46,457 nt of DNA from IMG/VR virus record IMGVR_UViG_3300048849_000168, positions 1-46,457 of that record; one strand, 5' to 3'. Each line of letters begins with the position of its first letter. Positions within the stretch are counted from its first letter, which is position 1. This DNA is from a virus. Its lineage: Duplodnaviria; Caudoviricetes. Below the pieces are notes generated by a model, which saw only the letters and a program-made list of their open reading frames with translations, made no database searches and was not told the origin of the DNA. Below are positions 26,223-34,944 of the stretch, piece after piece. The position numbers and the translations under genes were made by a program.

Positions 26223-26654
26223 TCACGCGTCCAGCAGGATCAGCGCGCGGGCCTTGAGCCTACCCCAATCCACCCCGCCAATGATCGGCCGCTCGCCTGC
26301 GCGGATCCACCGCTGGAGCGTCATCACCATCGCCTCTTCAAGCGCGGCTTCCTGCGGCGTCACTTCGGAGCCGTGAGCAACCGCCCAGAGGATGGGCGAG
26401 GGGCCGTTGTAGAACGCCTCGCCGACAAGGTGATGGGCTACTTCATGCTCGCGGCAGTAATCGAGGCGGCCGATGCCGGTGATGTCGGGCAACCCCGGCC
26501 CGAAGTCGGTCGCGTATCCACACCGCCGCGTGATCTCGTCATAGTCCGGCGTGTCATGCGGCAGCGCGCCGTAGCTGGCGCCGTCCGCGAACGTGCTGAA
26601 GCAGCCGTCGGGCGTGTAGGTGACGGTGGCGTGGGTGAGGGGGATGGTGCGCAT
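26223..26654 (-). CDS. Hypothetical protein with HExxH motif
   Basis: REHEVAHH; coupled to its neighbours. Confidence 0.65.
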   Translation of the reverse strand: MRTIPLTHATVTYTPDGCFSTFADGASYGALPHDTPDYDEITRRCGYATDFGPGLPDITGIGRLDYCREHEVAHHLVGEAFYNGPSPILWAVAHGSEVTPQEAALEEAMVMTLQRWIRAGERPIIGGVDWGRLKARALILLDA

Positions 26655-26878
26655 CAGCGGTTAGGCGGCGGAGGCGGGCCGCGGAACGTCTCTTCCGAGC
26701 CGTCGCCAATGCAGAATGAGCCGGCCACAGGGCCTCCCATCGCGCGCTTTGGGTGCGTCAGGTAACCACGCAATTGCTCTGCCGCCTCGCGCATGATTGC
26801 AGCGGCCGAATGGTTGTTGTCGGCCACAAGCTGCTCAATCTCGCGGTCCATCAGCGCCAGCAAGTCGGCGGTTTTCAT
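26654..26878 (-). CDS. Hypothetical protein
   Basis: GGAGG RBS; overlaps the portal stop. Confidence 0.55.
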   Translation of the reverse strand: MKTADLLALMDREIEQLVADNNHSAAAIMREAAEQLRGYLTHPKRAMGGPVAGSFCIGDGSEETFRGPPPPPNR

Positions 26879-28320
26879 TCCTCCGTCGCCTTGTCATTGG
26901 CAGCACGACGCCGAGCGGTCTGGCTTCCATCCTCGCCGCTCGGGTCGGCTAGATTGGGATCACCTCCTTCGGCCTGAGTGGCTGACGGGTCCGTACCGTC
27001 GTCGTCCGGGTTCAACCCGAACCTCTCGTCCTCCGAGAGCAGCGCCAGAGCATCCGCCAAGCCAGGCAGGTAGCCGCGCTCTTCGATGAGGTTCTGCACC
27101 GCGCGAGCCAGCGCCTGATCCGGCACAAGGCCGCTACTGATCAGCTGCACCAGCGCTTCCATGACGATCTTGAAGGTCTCGGCGACCTCCTTCTCGGTCG
27201 GCTTCTCAAGGGGCGCCCAGACCCACCACACATCCTGCGGGTTGGTGACATCGGCCGAGCGCAGGAGGAAGGGGTCGATCGCCTCAAGACATGGGCGGGT
27301 TTCGTTTTCCTGTCCGTCGCCGACGGCATCCCACCAGTTGTTCGTGTCATGCTGGCCGGTGGCGTTCATGCCGGCGGGGGAGCGGCCCATGAGGCGAGTG
27401 AAGGGGATGTCCGCCTCGGCAGCAACGCGCTGGTCGAGCGCGTCCATGAAGGCAGGGATTCCGTCCCACTTGATCTGGTAATCGTCGATCTTTTCACCGG
27501 GGTCGTCTGCCCCGGTTCCCGATCGATAGACCGTGGCGTTGAGCGAGTTCTCGCCGGTAGCGATCAACGCGATACGCTCGTTGAGCTTCTGGCGGCCGGC
27601 GTCAGTCGACACCAGGTCGAGCAGATCGGGAATGCCGATGCGAAGGAGCTTGGCCTTCTTGATCAGCTCGACAAACCACGCCTGAGCATGGTCGGAGTTC
27701 TGCACCGACTTGAACACGCGCAGCAGGCGGCAGTCGCCCCAGAACGCATCCTCATCGCTGACAGCCGCGCCGGCAGGGATGGGGTCGCCCCGGAAGCAGA
27801 TCACGCGACTAGGATGGATATTCTGGCCCGACCCTTCGCCCTCGACCTTGAACATGCGAGGCTGCCGGTAGGTCGGCGAGGCAAGGTCCTTGTCGAAATC
27901 GGACGCTTGGATTTCCCAGCGCGATACGACGTTGATCGCAATCAGCCCGCCTTTGCGGACCTGGTCGGGCGTCAGGGGCTTGTCGTGCTCACCGGCGGTG
28001 ATCAGCACCATCGCGCCGCCGCCGATCCCGCGCAGAACCTCCGCCTGCTTGGTCTTCGCGCGCAGCCCTAGCCGCTTTTCCTCAGCCTCGATCGCGCTAA
28101 TGACGTCCTTGGGCGCCTGCCAATCGCGCCATTTCTGGGTGCGGTCGGCGGCCGGGATCGCGATCACCTTGCGCATCATGCCCGAGGACATGTAGGCGGC
28201 GAGGGCAAGCTGATGGCTGAAGACGCCGGGGAGGGCCGTTGCGGCGTCGCCCCGCCCGAAGGGGTTTAAGCGCGACGCGAGGGCGATGGCGCTCGTGAGG
28301 CTGTCGGTGATCCACGCCAT
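26875..28320 (-). CDS. Portal protein (DUF1073-type)
   Basis: IHPSRVICF and IPFTRLMGRSPAGMNATG; follows terL. Confidence 0.88.
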   Translation of the reverse strand: MAWITDSLTSAIALASRLNPFGRGDAATALPGVFSHQLALAAYMSSGMMRKVIAIPAADRTQKWRDWQAPKDVISAIEAEEKRLGLRAKTKQAEVLRGIGGGAMVLITAGEHDKPLTPDQVRKGGLIAINVVSRWEIQASDFDKDLASPTYRQPRMFKVEGEGSGQNIHPSRVICFRGDPIPAGAAVSDEDAFWGDCRLLRVFKSVQNSDHAQAWFVELIKKAKLLRIGIPDLLDLVSTDAGRQKLNERIALIATGENSLNATVYRSGTGADDPGEKIDDYQIKWDGIPAFMDALDQRVAAEADIPFTRLMGRSPAGMNATGQHDTNNWWDAVGDGQENETRPCLEAIDPFLLRSADVTNPQDVWWVWAPLEKPTEKEVAETFKIVMEALVQLISSGLVPDQALARAVQNLIEERGYLPGLADALALLSEDERFGLNPDDDGTDPSATQAEGGDPNLADPSGEDGSQTARRRAANDKATEE

Positions 28321-28326
28321 GCTGCT

Positions 28327-28364
28327 GGGCTATGGCGTCCGGGCGAGGGCCGTTACCGCCGTCA
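28327..28364 (-). promoter_or_regulatory. Late-promoter motif copy (portal)
   Basis: TGACGGCGGTAAC (28364-28352), 19 nt, TAGCCC, ATG 6 nt later. Confidence 0.72.
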
Positions 28365-29861
28365 GAGAAGATCGGCGGTTGAGTGGCGCTTTGCCTTCTC
28401 TGTCGAGAATGCCATTACCACCGCGTCGGCGAGGTTGTGCGACGGGATGCCGCGTGCCTTCAGCGACTTCTTGCTCTCGACCTTCATGCGGCCGTTCACG
28501 CTCTCGCGCCGGGGTTGCGCCAATTCGGCTTGCAGCTTGTCACGCAGGGGCAGCCCGGACGGGATAGAGATCAGCTGCTCGCGGTCGTACGGCAGCCCGT
28601 TGCGCGCCTGCCAGGTGTTGCGGAAGCGATCGGCCAACATACCCCAGCCTTGCGCCTTGAGGTTGGCGAACATGTCGCCGTGCGTCTTCCCGGGCTGATA
28701 CTCGCGCTCCGCCATGTAGGGCGACTCCGATGCCGTCCAGCCCTGGAACTCGCCGGCGAACACTGCAGCGTTCCGCTTGCTTGCCTCACTCTGCAGCCTG
28801 CGCATCTCGCCTGGCACTGAGGCTCCCACGCCGATGTTGTCGATGTTGAGCGTATCGATCCGCTCGCGCTGCACGATCGAGAAGCCCTCCGCGGCCGCGG
28901 CGTTCGGGTTCTCATCCTGCCATTCCTCAAGGCCGGCTAGGACGCAGCCGTACCGCCATGCCAGCGCATTCGGGTCGTTCGCCTTAGGAGCTATTACATC
29001 GCCTTCCTGGCCGCCCGAGACGTCCAGCCCCCCGATCTTGCCACCACCCGTGGGGAAGTCGGGGATGTGGTTGTGCGCATCGACCGCCGCCTCAATCCAC
29101 ATCGGCTTGATGATCGCGAGGGCACTGTCAGCGACCGGCTCACCCAGGTAGACGTGCCGATATAGCTCCGGGTCGGCCTGGCGCATCAGCTCGGCGTCGT
29201 CGGCCAGCTCCTTCGGAAAGAAGGGGTTGTCCGTGTAGTTGACCTTCAGTGTGATGCAGTAGGGCTTGCCGTGCCGTTCAGCCGGATAGATCGGCGCTGC
29301 CACGAACGCCTGGTAGATGAAATCGAGCGGGGAGGCGGGGTTGAAGCAGACGTAGATCTCGCTGCCGGCCTTGCGCATGGTCGGAACCAGCGCGTTCCAG
29401 CTGTCCTTCGTGATGCTCTCGCCCTCGTCAATGAAGGCTGCGTCGAAGTTGGAGAACCCCTTTAGCTTCTGGTTCTGCAGCCGCTTGGACGATGCGCGAA
29501 TGCCGGAGAATTTGAACACGCCACCGGAGGACGGGCAGCTGATCTCGGTCTTGGTGATGTCGAAGAGCGCGCCCAGGTTACGGCGCTCGATTTCTTCGAC
29601 GATCTCCTGATAGCTGCTCTCGGCGATTGCCTCCATCAACTCGCGGAAGCACACAACGCGCCACCCCGACCACAGCACATTGTTGACGAGGATGGTGATT
29701 ACGGTGCGGGTCTTGGAGCTGCCACGCCCTCCTTCAGCTACCTTGAACCGCGCCGGCTGAAGGAACGGCTCAAAGATCGCGGGGATGTCACATTCGAACA
29801 CCGGCTCGCCGTTGTGGCCGATGCTGGGCAGTTCATTCATGTACCCGATCGCAGCGGCCAC
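28362..29861 (-). CDS. terL: Terminase large subunit (PBSX-family)
   Basis: GGRGSSKT Walker A, FIDEGE Walker B, GLDVS, SHNLADA nuclease motifs. Confidence 0.92.
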   Translation of the reverse strand: MAAAIGYMNELPSIGHNGEPVFECDIPAIFEPFLQPARFKVAEGGRGSSKTRTVITILVNNVLWSGWRVVCFRELMEAIAESSYQEIVEEIERRNLGALFDITKTEISCPSSGGVFKFSGIRASSKRLQNQKLKGFSNFDAAFIDEGESITKDSWNALVPTMRKAGSEIYVCFNPASPLDFIYQAFVAAPIYPAERHGKPYCITLKVNYTDNPFFPKELADDAELMRQADPELYRHVYLGEPVADSALAIIKPMWIEAAVDAHNHIPDFPTGGGKIGGLDVSGGQEGDVIAPKANDPNALAWRYGCVLAGLEEWQDENPNAAAAEGFSIVQRERIDTLNIDNIGVGASVPGEMRRLQSEASKRNAAVFAGEFQGWTASESPYMAEREYQPGKTHGDMFANLKAQGWGMLADRFRNTWQARNGLPYDREQLISIPSGLPLRDKLQAELAQPRRESVNGRMKVESKKSLKARGIPSHNLADAVVMAFSTEKAKRHSTADLL

Positions 29862-29865
29862 TGGC

Positions 29866-30270
29866 TCAGCCGTCCTTGCTCACCAGCTTGTAGGTCGGCT
29901 CGCGGGGCGTCATGCTGCCATCGCCGCTGCGGTGGTCGATCTCGGTCTTCTCGCGCCAATCCTCTGCAGCCGCGTTCTTCAGCGCAAAGATCGATGACGT
30001 GACGACGGGGCCGATGTCGGCGGTCAGCAGCCGGCGCTCCAGGAACGCCTGCCGCTTCACGCGACCGAGGGCCACCAGCTGCGCGAAATCCGGATGTGCG
30101 GCCTCCCAGTCATAGACCCGCTGCCGGTGGACGTCGCACTCCGCTGCGGCCGCGGCGAGGGAAAGACCTTGTTCCATGATCGCAACGATCTTCTCGCCCA
30201 GATCGGGGTCGTAGGTCGTCGGCCGGCCGCGGCCCCTTTCTACTGTCCGGTTATTGGTTGAGGCAGTCAT
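29866..30270 (-). CDS. terS: Terminase small subunit
   Basis: GRGRPTTY...HTH...IFALKN; start MTAST at 30270; upstream of terL. Confidence 0.8.
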   Translation of the reverse strand: MTASTNNRTVERGRGRPTTYDPDLGEKIVAIMEQGLSLAAAAAECDVHRQRVYDWEAAHPDFAQLVALGRVKRQAFLERRLLTADIGPVVTSSIFALKNAAAEDWREKTEIDHRSGDGSMTPREPTYKLVSKDG

Positions 30271-30575
30271 ACCTTCACCTCCTCCTTCTTCACTCGCTCC
30301 GACACCGCCGTCAGTGTCCGCCCCATCACGTACCGCTTGGACCGACGGTGCGGCTTCAGCTTGGCCCCAGTGATCGCAGCCCGCGCTTCCCGGAGTTCGT
30401 CCCCACCGCATTCCTCGATCCAACGCGTGATGCAGCGCCAGTTGGTGCGGAAGTGCTCCTCGATGGCCTTGTCCTGTCCGAGGCGCAGGTAGACCTCGCG
30501 GAAGTCGGCCGGCGCCGCGCGATACGGGCGGATCATCCCCGTGTCCCAGACGCGGCGCTTGGGCTGTTCCATCAC
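30267..30575 (-). CDS. Putative HTH DNA-binding protein (late-regulator candidate)
   Basis: PADF...IEEHFRTNWRCITRWIEECG helix-turn-helix-like pattern; directly upstream of terS. Confidence 0.55.
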   Translation of the reverse strand: MMEQPKRRVWDTGMIRPYRAAPADFREVYLRLGQDKAIEEHFRTNWRCITRWIEECGGDELREARAAITGAKLKPHRRSKRYVMGRTLTAVSERVKKEEVKV

Positions 30576-30724
30576 TTCCGCTCCAATTCGAACTGTATGT
30601 ACGCCCGGGCGTGGTCGACCCGGATCTCGTACTTGGCGGCGAGCTTGCCGGGGTTCGCCCGGGCCAGCTGTTCGCGCGTGGCTTCCGTCACCTTGAGAAG
30701 GAAGTGGGTGAGACCGGTCTTCAT
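30572..30724 (-). CDS. Small 50-aa hypothetical protein (not in ORF track)
   Basis: MKTGLTHFLLKVTEATREQLARANPGKLAAKYEIRVDHARAYIQFELERK; stop overlaps the next start. Confidence 0.55.
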   Translation of the reverse strand: MKTGLTHFLLKVTEATREQLARANPGKLAAKYEIRVDHARAYIQFELERK

Positions 30725-30730
30725 CGGCCG

Positions 30731-31008
30731 GTGTCCACGCGCGGGGTGTCTACACCCTCACCTTGAAACCGATGGCGGTTGAAAACTGGGCCATATACCC
30801 CCGTTTTCCCCTTCCCCTCTTTATTACATTCATAGGGTGTAGACAGTGTGGACAGGGGGGTAAGAGCCGCAGAAAACCGGCGTTTTTGGCGTCTACGCCC
30901 TGGTGTGGAACAAGCGTAGACACTCCCGTAGACAAAGGTCCGTTCCGGACCGATGGTGTCTACGCTTGACCCGAGATGTCTACGGTTCACAGCGGGGGGT
31001 GTAGCCAC
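30731..31008. repeat. Cluster of GTAGAC/GTCTAC iteron-like repeats (putative replication origin)
   Basis: About 10 exact or variant copies in both orientations around an AT-rich/pyrimidine stretch at 30803-30834, just downstream of the VirE ATPase gene. Confidence 0.65.
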
Positions 31009-31010
31009 CG

Positions 31011-32204
31011 TCACTGGTCCAACCTCCAGAGCCTGATGCTCTTGCGTGTACCGTCCGTCTGGCGTTCTTTGCCGTAGGCCTGCGTCCACCCGAGGTCGGC
31101 CATGATCGCTGCGACACGGTCCTTCGCACGCTGGTCATGCCGCTCGATCGGCATCTTGATGATGTCGCTGAGGATCTGGGCGGACGTGTAGGTGAGGTGC
31201 CCGAACAGCGCGTTCGCGATCGTGTCCTCCCAGGCGTCACCCTGCATGCGCTGATCCTGCTCTCGCACGGCCAAGCCGGACTCCTCATCCGTCAGCCACC
31301 ATTGCTCGCCATCGCGATAGCGCTGCACAGCCTCGGCCCAGAGCAGGTCACGCTTGCGCTCAATCTTCGCCAGGTCGATCGACGTGCAACTGACGGGCCA
31401 GAACCGTCGGTTGCCGGTGCTGTCCGTGAGGTAGCCTTGGCCGGCCTTCGGGTTCACCGAGGCGGCAAGGACGCACTGCCGCGGATACTCGACGGTGTGG
31501 CGTCCATAGCTGGGGCGGGTCTTGTCGACCTGCATGGTGATGATGGCCTTCACCAGCTCAACGTCAGCCTTGCGGAGCGCAGATAGCTCCGCGAACTCGA
31601 CCACCCATTTGCCGGCGATCTGCTCAACGAAGCGCTTATGGTCGCGCAGCTCGTTGACCATCTCGGTAAAGAACTGAGCGCCGAAGAGGACGCGCAGAGC
31701 GGTCGACTTCTTCAACCCCTGTGGACCTTCCAGCACCAGCATGGTGTCCATCTTGCAGCCGGGCTGGAACACGCGCGCGACGGCGCCGATCATCCAGCGG
31801 GCGCCGACGGCGCGCTCATACGGACTGTCAGGCGTGCCGAACAGGATGGGCAGGAACCGATCGAGGCGGTTGATGCCGTCCCACTTCAGGTTGTTCAGGT
31901 ACTCACGAACCGGGTGATAGGCGTGATCGAACGCGAGCCGCGCGACTGCGGCGGGGATGTCGGTCTTGTTGGGCTGGAACCCCGCCTTTTCGACCATCAT
32001 CTGGATGTCGACGTAGTCAGCGTCGCGCAGCGGATCCCCGCGCCATTCCACCACGCCGGCGAGCTCGTTGTACCGGATGGTGTTTCCCAGACCCGGCAGG
32101 TTCTGGAGGTACATCATCAGGTTGTAGAGCGTCTTCTTTTCGCCCTTGCTCCCGATTTGGAGCCGCCCACGCCAGGCGTTCAGCGGGATTGCCTCAGCGG
32201 CCAT
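31011..32204 (-). CDS. VirE/VapE-family P-loop ATPase (replicative helicase-like)
   Basis: YHPVREYL, PGCKMD, GPQGLKKST, YLTDSTGNRRFWPV. Confidence 0.88.
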   Translation of the reverse strand: MAAEAIPLNAWRGRLQIGSKGEKKTLYNLMMYLQNLPGLGNTIRYNELAGVVEWRGDPLRDADYVDIQMMVEKAGFQPNKTDIPAAVARLAFDHAYHPVREYLNNLKWDGINRLDRFLPILFGTPDSPYERAVGARWMIGAVARVFQPGCKMDTMLVLEGPQGLKKSTALRVLFGAQFFTEMVNELRDHKRFVEQIAGKWVVEFAELSALRKADVELVKAIITMQVDKTRPSYGRHTVEYPRQCVLAASVNPKAGQGYLTDSTGNRRFWPVSCTSIDLAKIERKRDLLWAEAVQRYRDGEQWWLTDEESGLAVREQDQRMQGDAWEDTIANALFGHLTYTSAQILSDIIKMPIERHDQRAKDRVAAIMADLGWTQAYGKERQTDGTRKSIRLWRLDQ

Positions 32205-32523
32205 TGATGATCTCCAGGACGTGCGAGACCGCATCATCACCGGTGCCATCGGTGGAGCGAGCGAGGATGTAGACGGCGCCTGCCGCTTCCGCGGCGCGGG
32301 CGAACGCCTGCTGTGGCTTGCGCCAAGCGTCGCGGCCCACCTTCGCCTCGATGGCGAAGAGCCGGCCGGTAGGGCGCTTGATCATCAGGATGTCGCTGGA
32401 GCCCACGAGGCCATAGCGGATCATCCGTCCCTCAGCTTTGAGGGCGCCGGTGTTGTTGCTCCAGGCGAGGCCGAGCGGCGAGACTGCCAAGAGCAGGCGG
32501 TTCACGAGGTCATGGTGGGTCAC
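32194..32523 (-). CDS. VRR-NUC nuclease
   Basis: GSSDIL...AIEAK...QQAF PD-(D/E)xK pattern. Confidence 0.85.
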   Translation of the reverse strand: MTHHDLVNRLLLAVSPLGLAWSNNTGALKAEGRMIRYGLVGSSDILMIKRPTGRLFAIEAKVGRDAWRKPQQAFARAAEAAGAVYILARSTDGTGDDAVSHVLEIINGR

Positions 32524-33897
32524 CGGTGGGCCCTCCACTGCTGGCGCTGCTTCATGATGTGGCCGGCCCAGGCGACCGGGAACTTGTACCGGCGCTGCTT
32601 GCCGAGCTGGATCAGGTCATCGAGCGTCTTGGCCGACTTGAGCTCCTGGCGCTTGCGCGCGCGGATCGCGTCGAGGTCCACGACCTGCAACTCCCCGTCG
32701 ACCTGCTCGATCTCGCGGCTCTGCACCGCATAAGCATGGCCGCAGCCCGGGCACGCTGGGGCAGGCGTGTGAACCCGGAAGCACGACGGGCACTGCTTGA
32801 CGGGGACCTCGGTCTTCGCGCCGCGCTTCTTCTTCGGGCGATCCTCAAGAGACCATTCCCGCTCATCGTCCGGCAGGCCATGACGCATGGCGTTCCCGGC
32901 ATGATCGAGGATGATCGCGTGCGGCTTGCCGTCGGCGGGCCGAAGCGCGGCCGATCTGCTGGAGGTGAAGCGACAGCGACTGCGTCGGGCGCAGCAGGAT
33001 CACAGCTTCCACAGCCGGCACGTCAAAGCCCTCGCCGAACAGGTCGGCGTTGGTCAAAACCTGGATGGTGCCGGCGGCGAAGTCGGACACGATCGCGTCG
33101 CGCGCGCCAGTGTCCATGCTGCCGTCGACATGTGCGGCGGGAATGCCGGCGCTGCGGAACTGCTCGGCGACGTGTTTGCTGTGCTCGACCGAAACGGCGA
33201 ACGCGATGGCGCGCTTGCCATTGGCCAGCTTCCGATAGTGCGCCACCGCGTCACCGACGATCGATGGCTTGTCCATCACCTTGGCCAGCTCGTCGCGCTT
33301 GAAGTCACCGCCCTGTGTCGCGACGGCCGAAACGTCAGCGGATGACGGGGCGTACAGCTGGTAATCGCACAGCGCGCCGCGCTCCATCAGGTCGGCGACC
33401 GACGGACCCTGCACCATGCCCTCGAACCAAGTGCCGAGCCCGCGGCCATCAAGGCGCCATGGCGTAGCAGTGAGGCCGACAACCTGCGCCCGCGGGTAGG
33501 CGTCGAAGATCGCCTGATACTGCGACGCGCCCATGTGGTGGCACTCGTCAAAGATGATGAGGTCCGGCGGCGGCAGCTTGCCCAGGCGGCGGGCCAGCGT
33601 CTGGACGGAGCCGACCTGAACCATCGCCTCCCGATCGGAGATGGAGCCGCCCATCACGAGGCTGTGCGGGATCTCCATCGACCAGAAGGTGCGGCTCGCC
33701 TGCAGGATGATCTCGCGGCGGTGGACGACCCACCAGCAGCGCCGGCCGCGCTCGGCTGCGGTCTTCACCATGTAGGCAGAGGTCACCGTCTTGCCGCCGC
33801 CGGTCGCGAGCTGCACGAGGACGGTCCGGTCGAAGCCTTTGAAGCGCTCCCGGATGTCGGAGATCAGCGCTTGCTGATAGGGGCGCAATTCGATCAT
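32520..33897 (-). pseudogene. SF2 DEAD/DEAH helicase with C-terminal Zn finger, frameshifted at ~32945
   Basis: LRPYQ, ATGGGKT, DECHH, TATP, EGFDVP, QQIGR; the continuation LRPADGKPHAIILDHAGN...CPSC..CPGC is in another frame. Confidence 0.8.
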
Positions 33898-34394
33898 GCG
33901 TGCACCCGCTTGTTCTTTTGCTGCTCCGACAGGGTGGCCCAGCGGCAATTGCCTGGCTCGTAGCCGCCGTTCACGTCGATCCGGTCGAGTGTTTTACCGC
34001 GCGGCCGTTCACCCATATCAATTAGGAAAGCGGCAAACTCTCTCCATCGCTCGCAAACGGTAATTCCACGGCCGCCATAACTCTCCCAATCAGTGTTGTT
34101 TGGGTTGGTTGTGCGTTGGATCATTGCTGTCCAGGACTTATGCGTCGGCGTTTGCGAGCCGGCGCAATTGTGTCCATGCCTGAAGTTTCTTGCAATTGCT
34201 GACTTGGAAAGGCTTTCCTTCCGGAAGCATCCGCAAGACGTGGCTTTCCCGGACCGAAGGCCTCGCGACGTGACTGTTGTCACCGCTCCGCAGTCGCACT
34301 GGCACGACCAAAGTCGGAACCCGCGGTGCGAGCCTGCATCACTGGTCGCAACCAAGCGGCCAAATCGATGTCCGGACAGATCTATCGCTTTCAT
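33894..34394 (-). CDS. HNH homing-endonuclease-like protein
   Basis: RFGRL, CQCDCG, SCGC, YGGRGITVCERW, TLDRIDVNGGYEPGNCRWAT; lower GC. Confidence 0.88.
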   Translation of the reverse strand: MKAIDLSGHRFGRLVATSDAGSHRGFRLWSCQCDCGAVTTVTSRGLRSGKATSCGCFRKESLSKSAIARNFRHGHNCAGSQTPTHKSWTAMIQRTTNPNNTDWESYGGRGITVCERWREFAAFLIDMGERPRGKTLDRIDVNGGYEPGNCRWATLSEQQKNKRVHA

Positions 34395-34726
34395 TTCGCA
34401 GCGATCTCCAAGAGACGCGCCGAACCGAGCATCGACTCCAGGGCAATCCACTTTCGGAAGAGCCTGCCAGTGCTGATCGGGGCGTAAACTGTAGCGGCCG
34501 CCTGGCGCTGGATTTCGGCCAGCAGCGGGTAGGCGTCATCCGAGCAGCGCCGCATCGCCTTGCCGGCGTGGTCGCGCAGCATGGCGATGTGCACCCGGCA
34601 GTTCATGGCGCTGGGGCTTTCGTTCGGGCAGTGGATGAAGATCGTCATCCGGTACGCCCGTGCCTCGGGCGTCAGATCGTCTTCAGCGGCCTCCTCCGGC
34701 ACCGAGATGCGGGCAGGGGCGTTCAT
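34391..34726 (-). CDS. Hypothetical protein
   Basis: ATGA-coupled within the early operon. Confidence 0.65.
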   Translation of the reverse strand: MNAPARISVPEEAAEDDLTPEARAYRMTIFIHCPNESPSAMNCRVHIAMLRDHAGKAMRRCSDDAYPLLAEIQRQAAATVYAPISTGRLFRKWIALESMLGSARLLEIAAK

Positions 34727-34944
34727 GCTGCCTCACTCCGAAGGCGCAGTTGGACCCTCGACAGCAGATCGGCGACGTCGCCCCGCATGACGCGGTCAGT
34801 CAGGCCCTTATCGTTGCAGAGGCGGTCCGCGGTGACAGCCAACACCGACGCAGCGGGTGCGTTGCTGATGAATGCTGTGCAGTCCTGCAGCGCGTGGCGC
34901 TGCGACGTGACGGCACCCGAAAAGGAGGAAGAGCGGCCCTTCAT
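34723..34944 (-). CDS. Hypothetical protein
   Basis: ATGA-coupled within the early operon. Confidence 0.55.
   Translation of the reverse strand: MKGRSSSFSGAVTSQRHALQDCTAFISNAPAASVLAVTADRLCNDKGLTDRVMRGDVADLLSRVQLRLRSEAA

Noticed and set aside
26875-28320. Anti-CBASS Acb1 label sometimes given to this family
   Set aside because: No C-terminal 2H phosphoesterase domain (paired HxT motifs) seen; position and motifs indicate a portal
30301-30314. Partial late box (CTGACGGCGGTGTC) upstream of terS
   Set aside because: Two mismatches in the conserved TAAC end and no -10-like hexamer at 19 nt; lies within a CDS, so not counted
30731-31008. CRISPR-like array interpretation of the repeats
   Set aside because: Repeats are 6-10 bp, irregularly spaced and in both orientations; no cas genes
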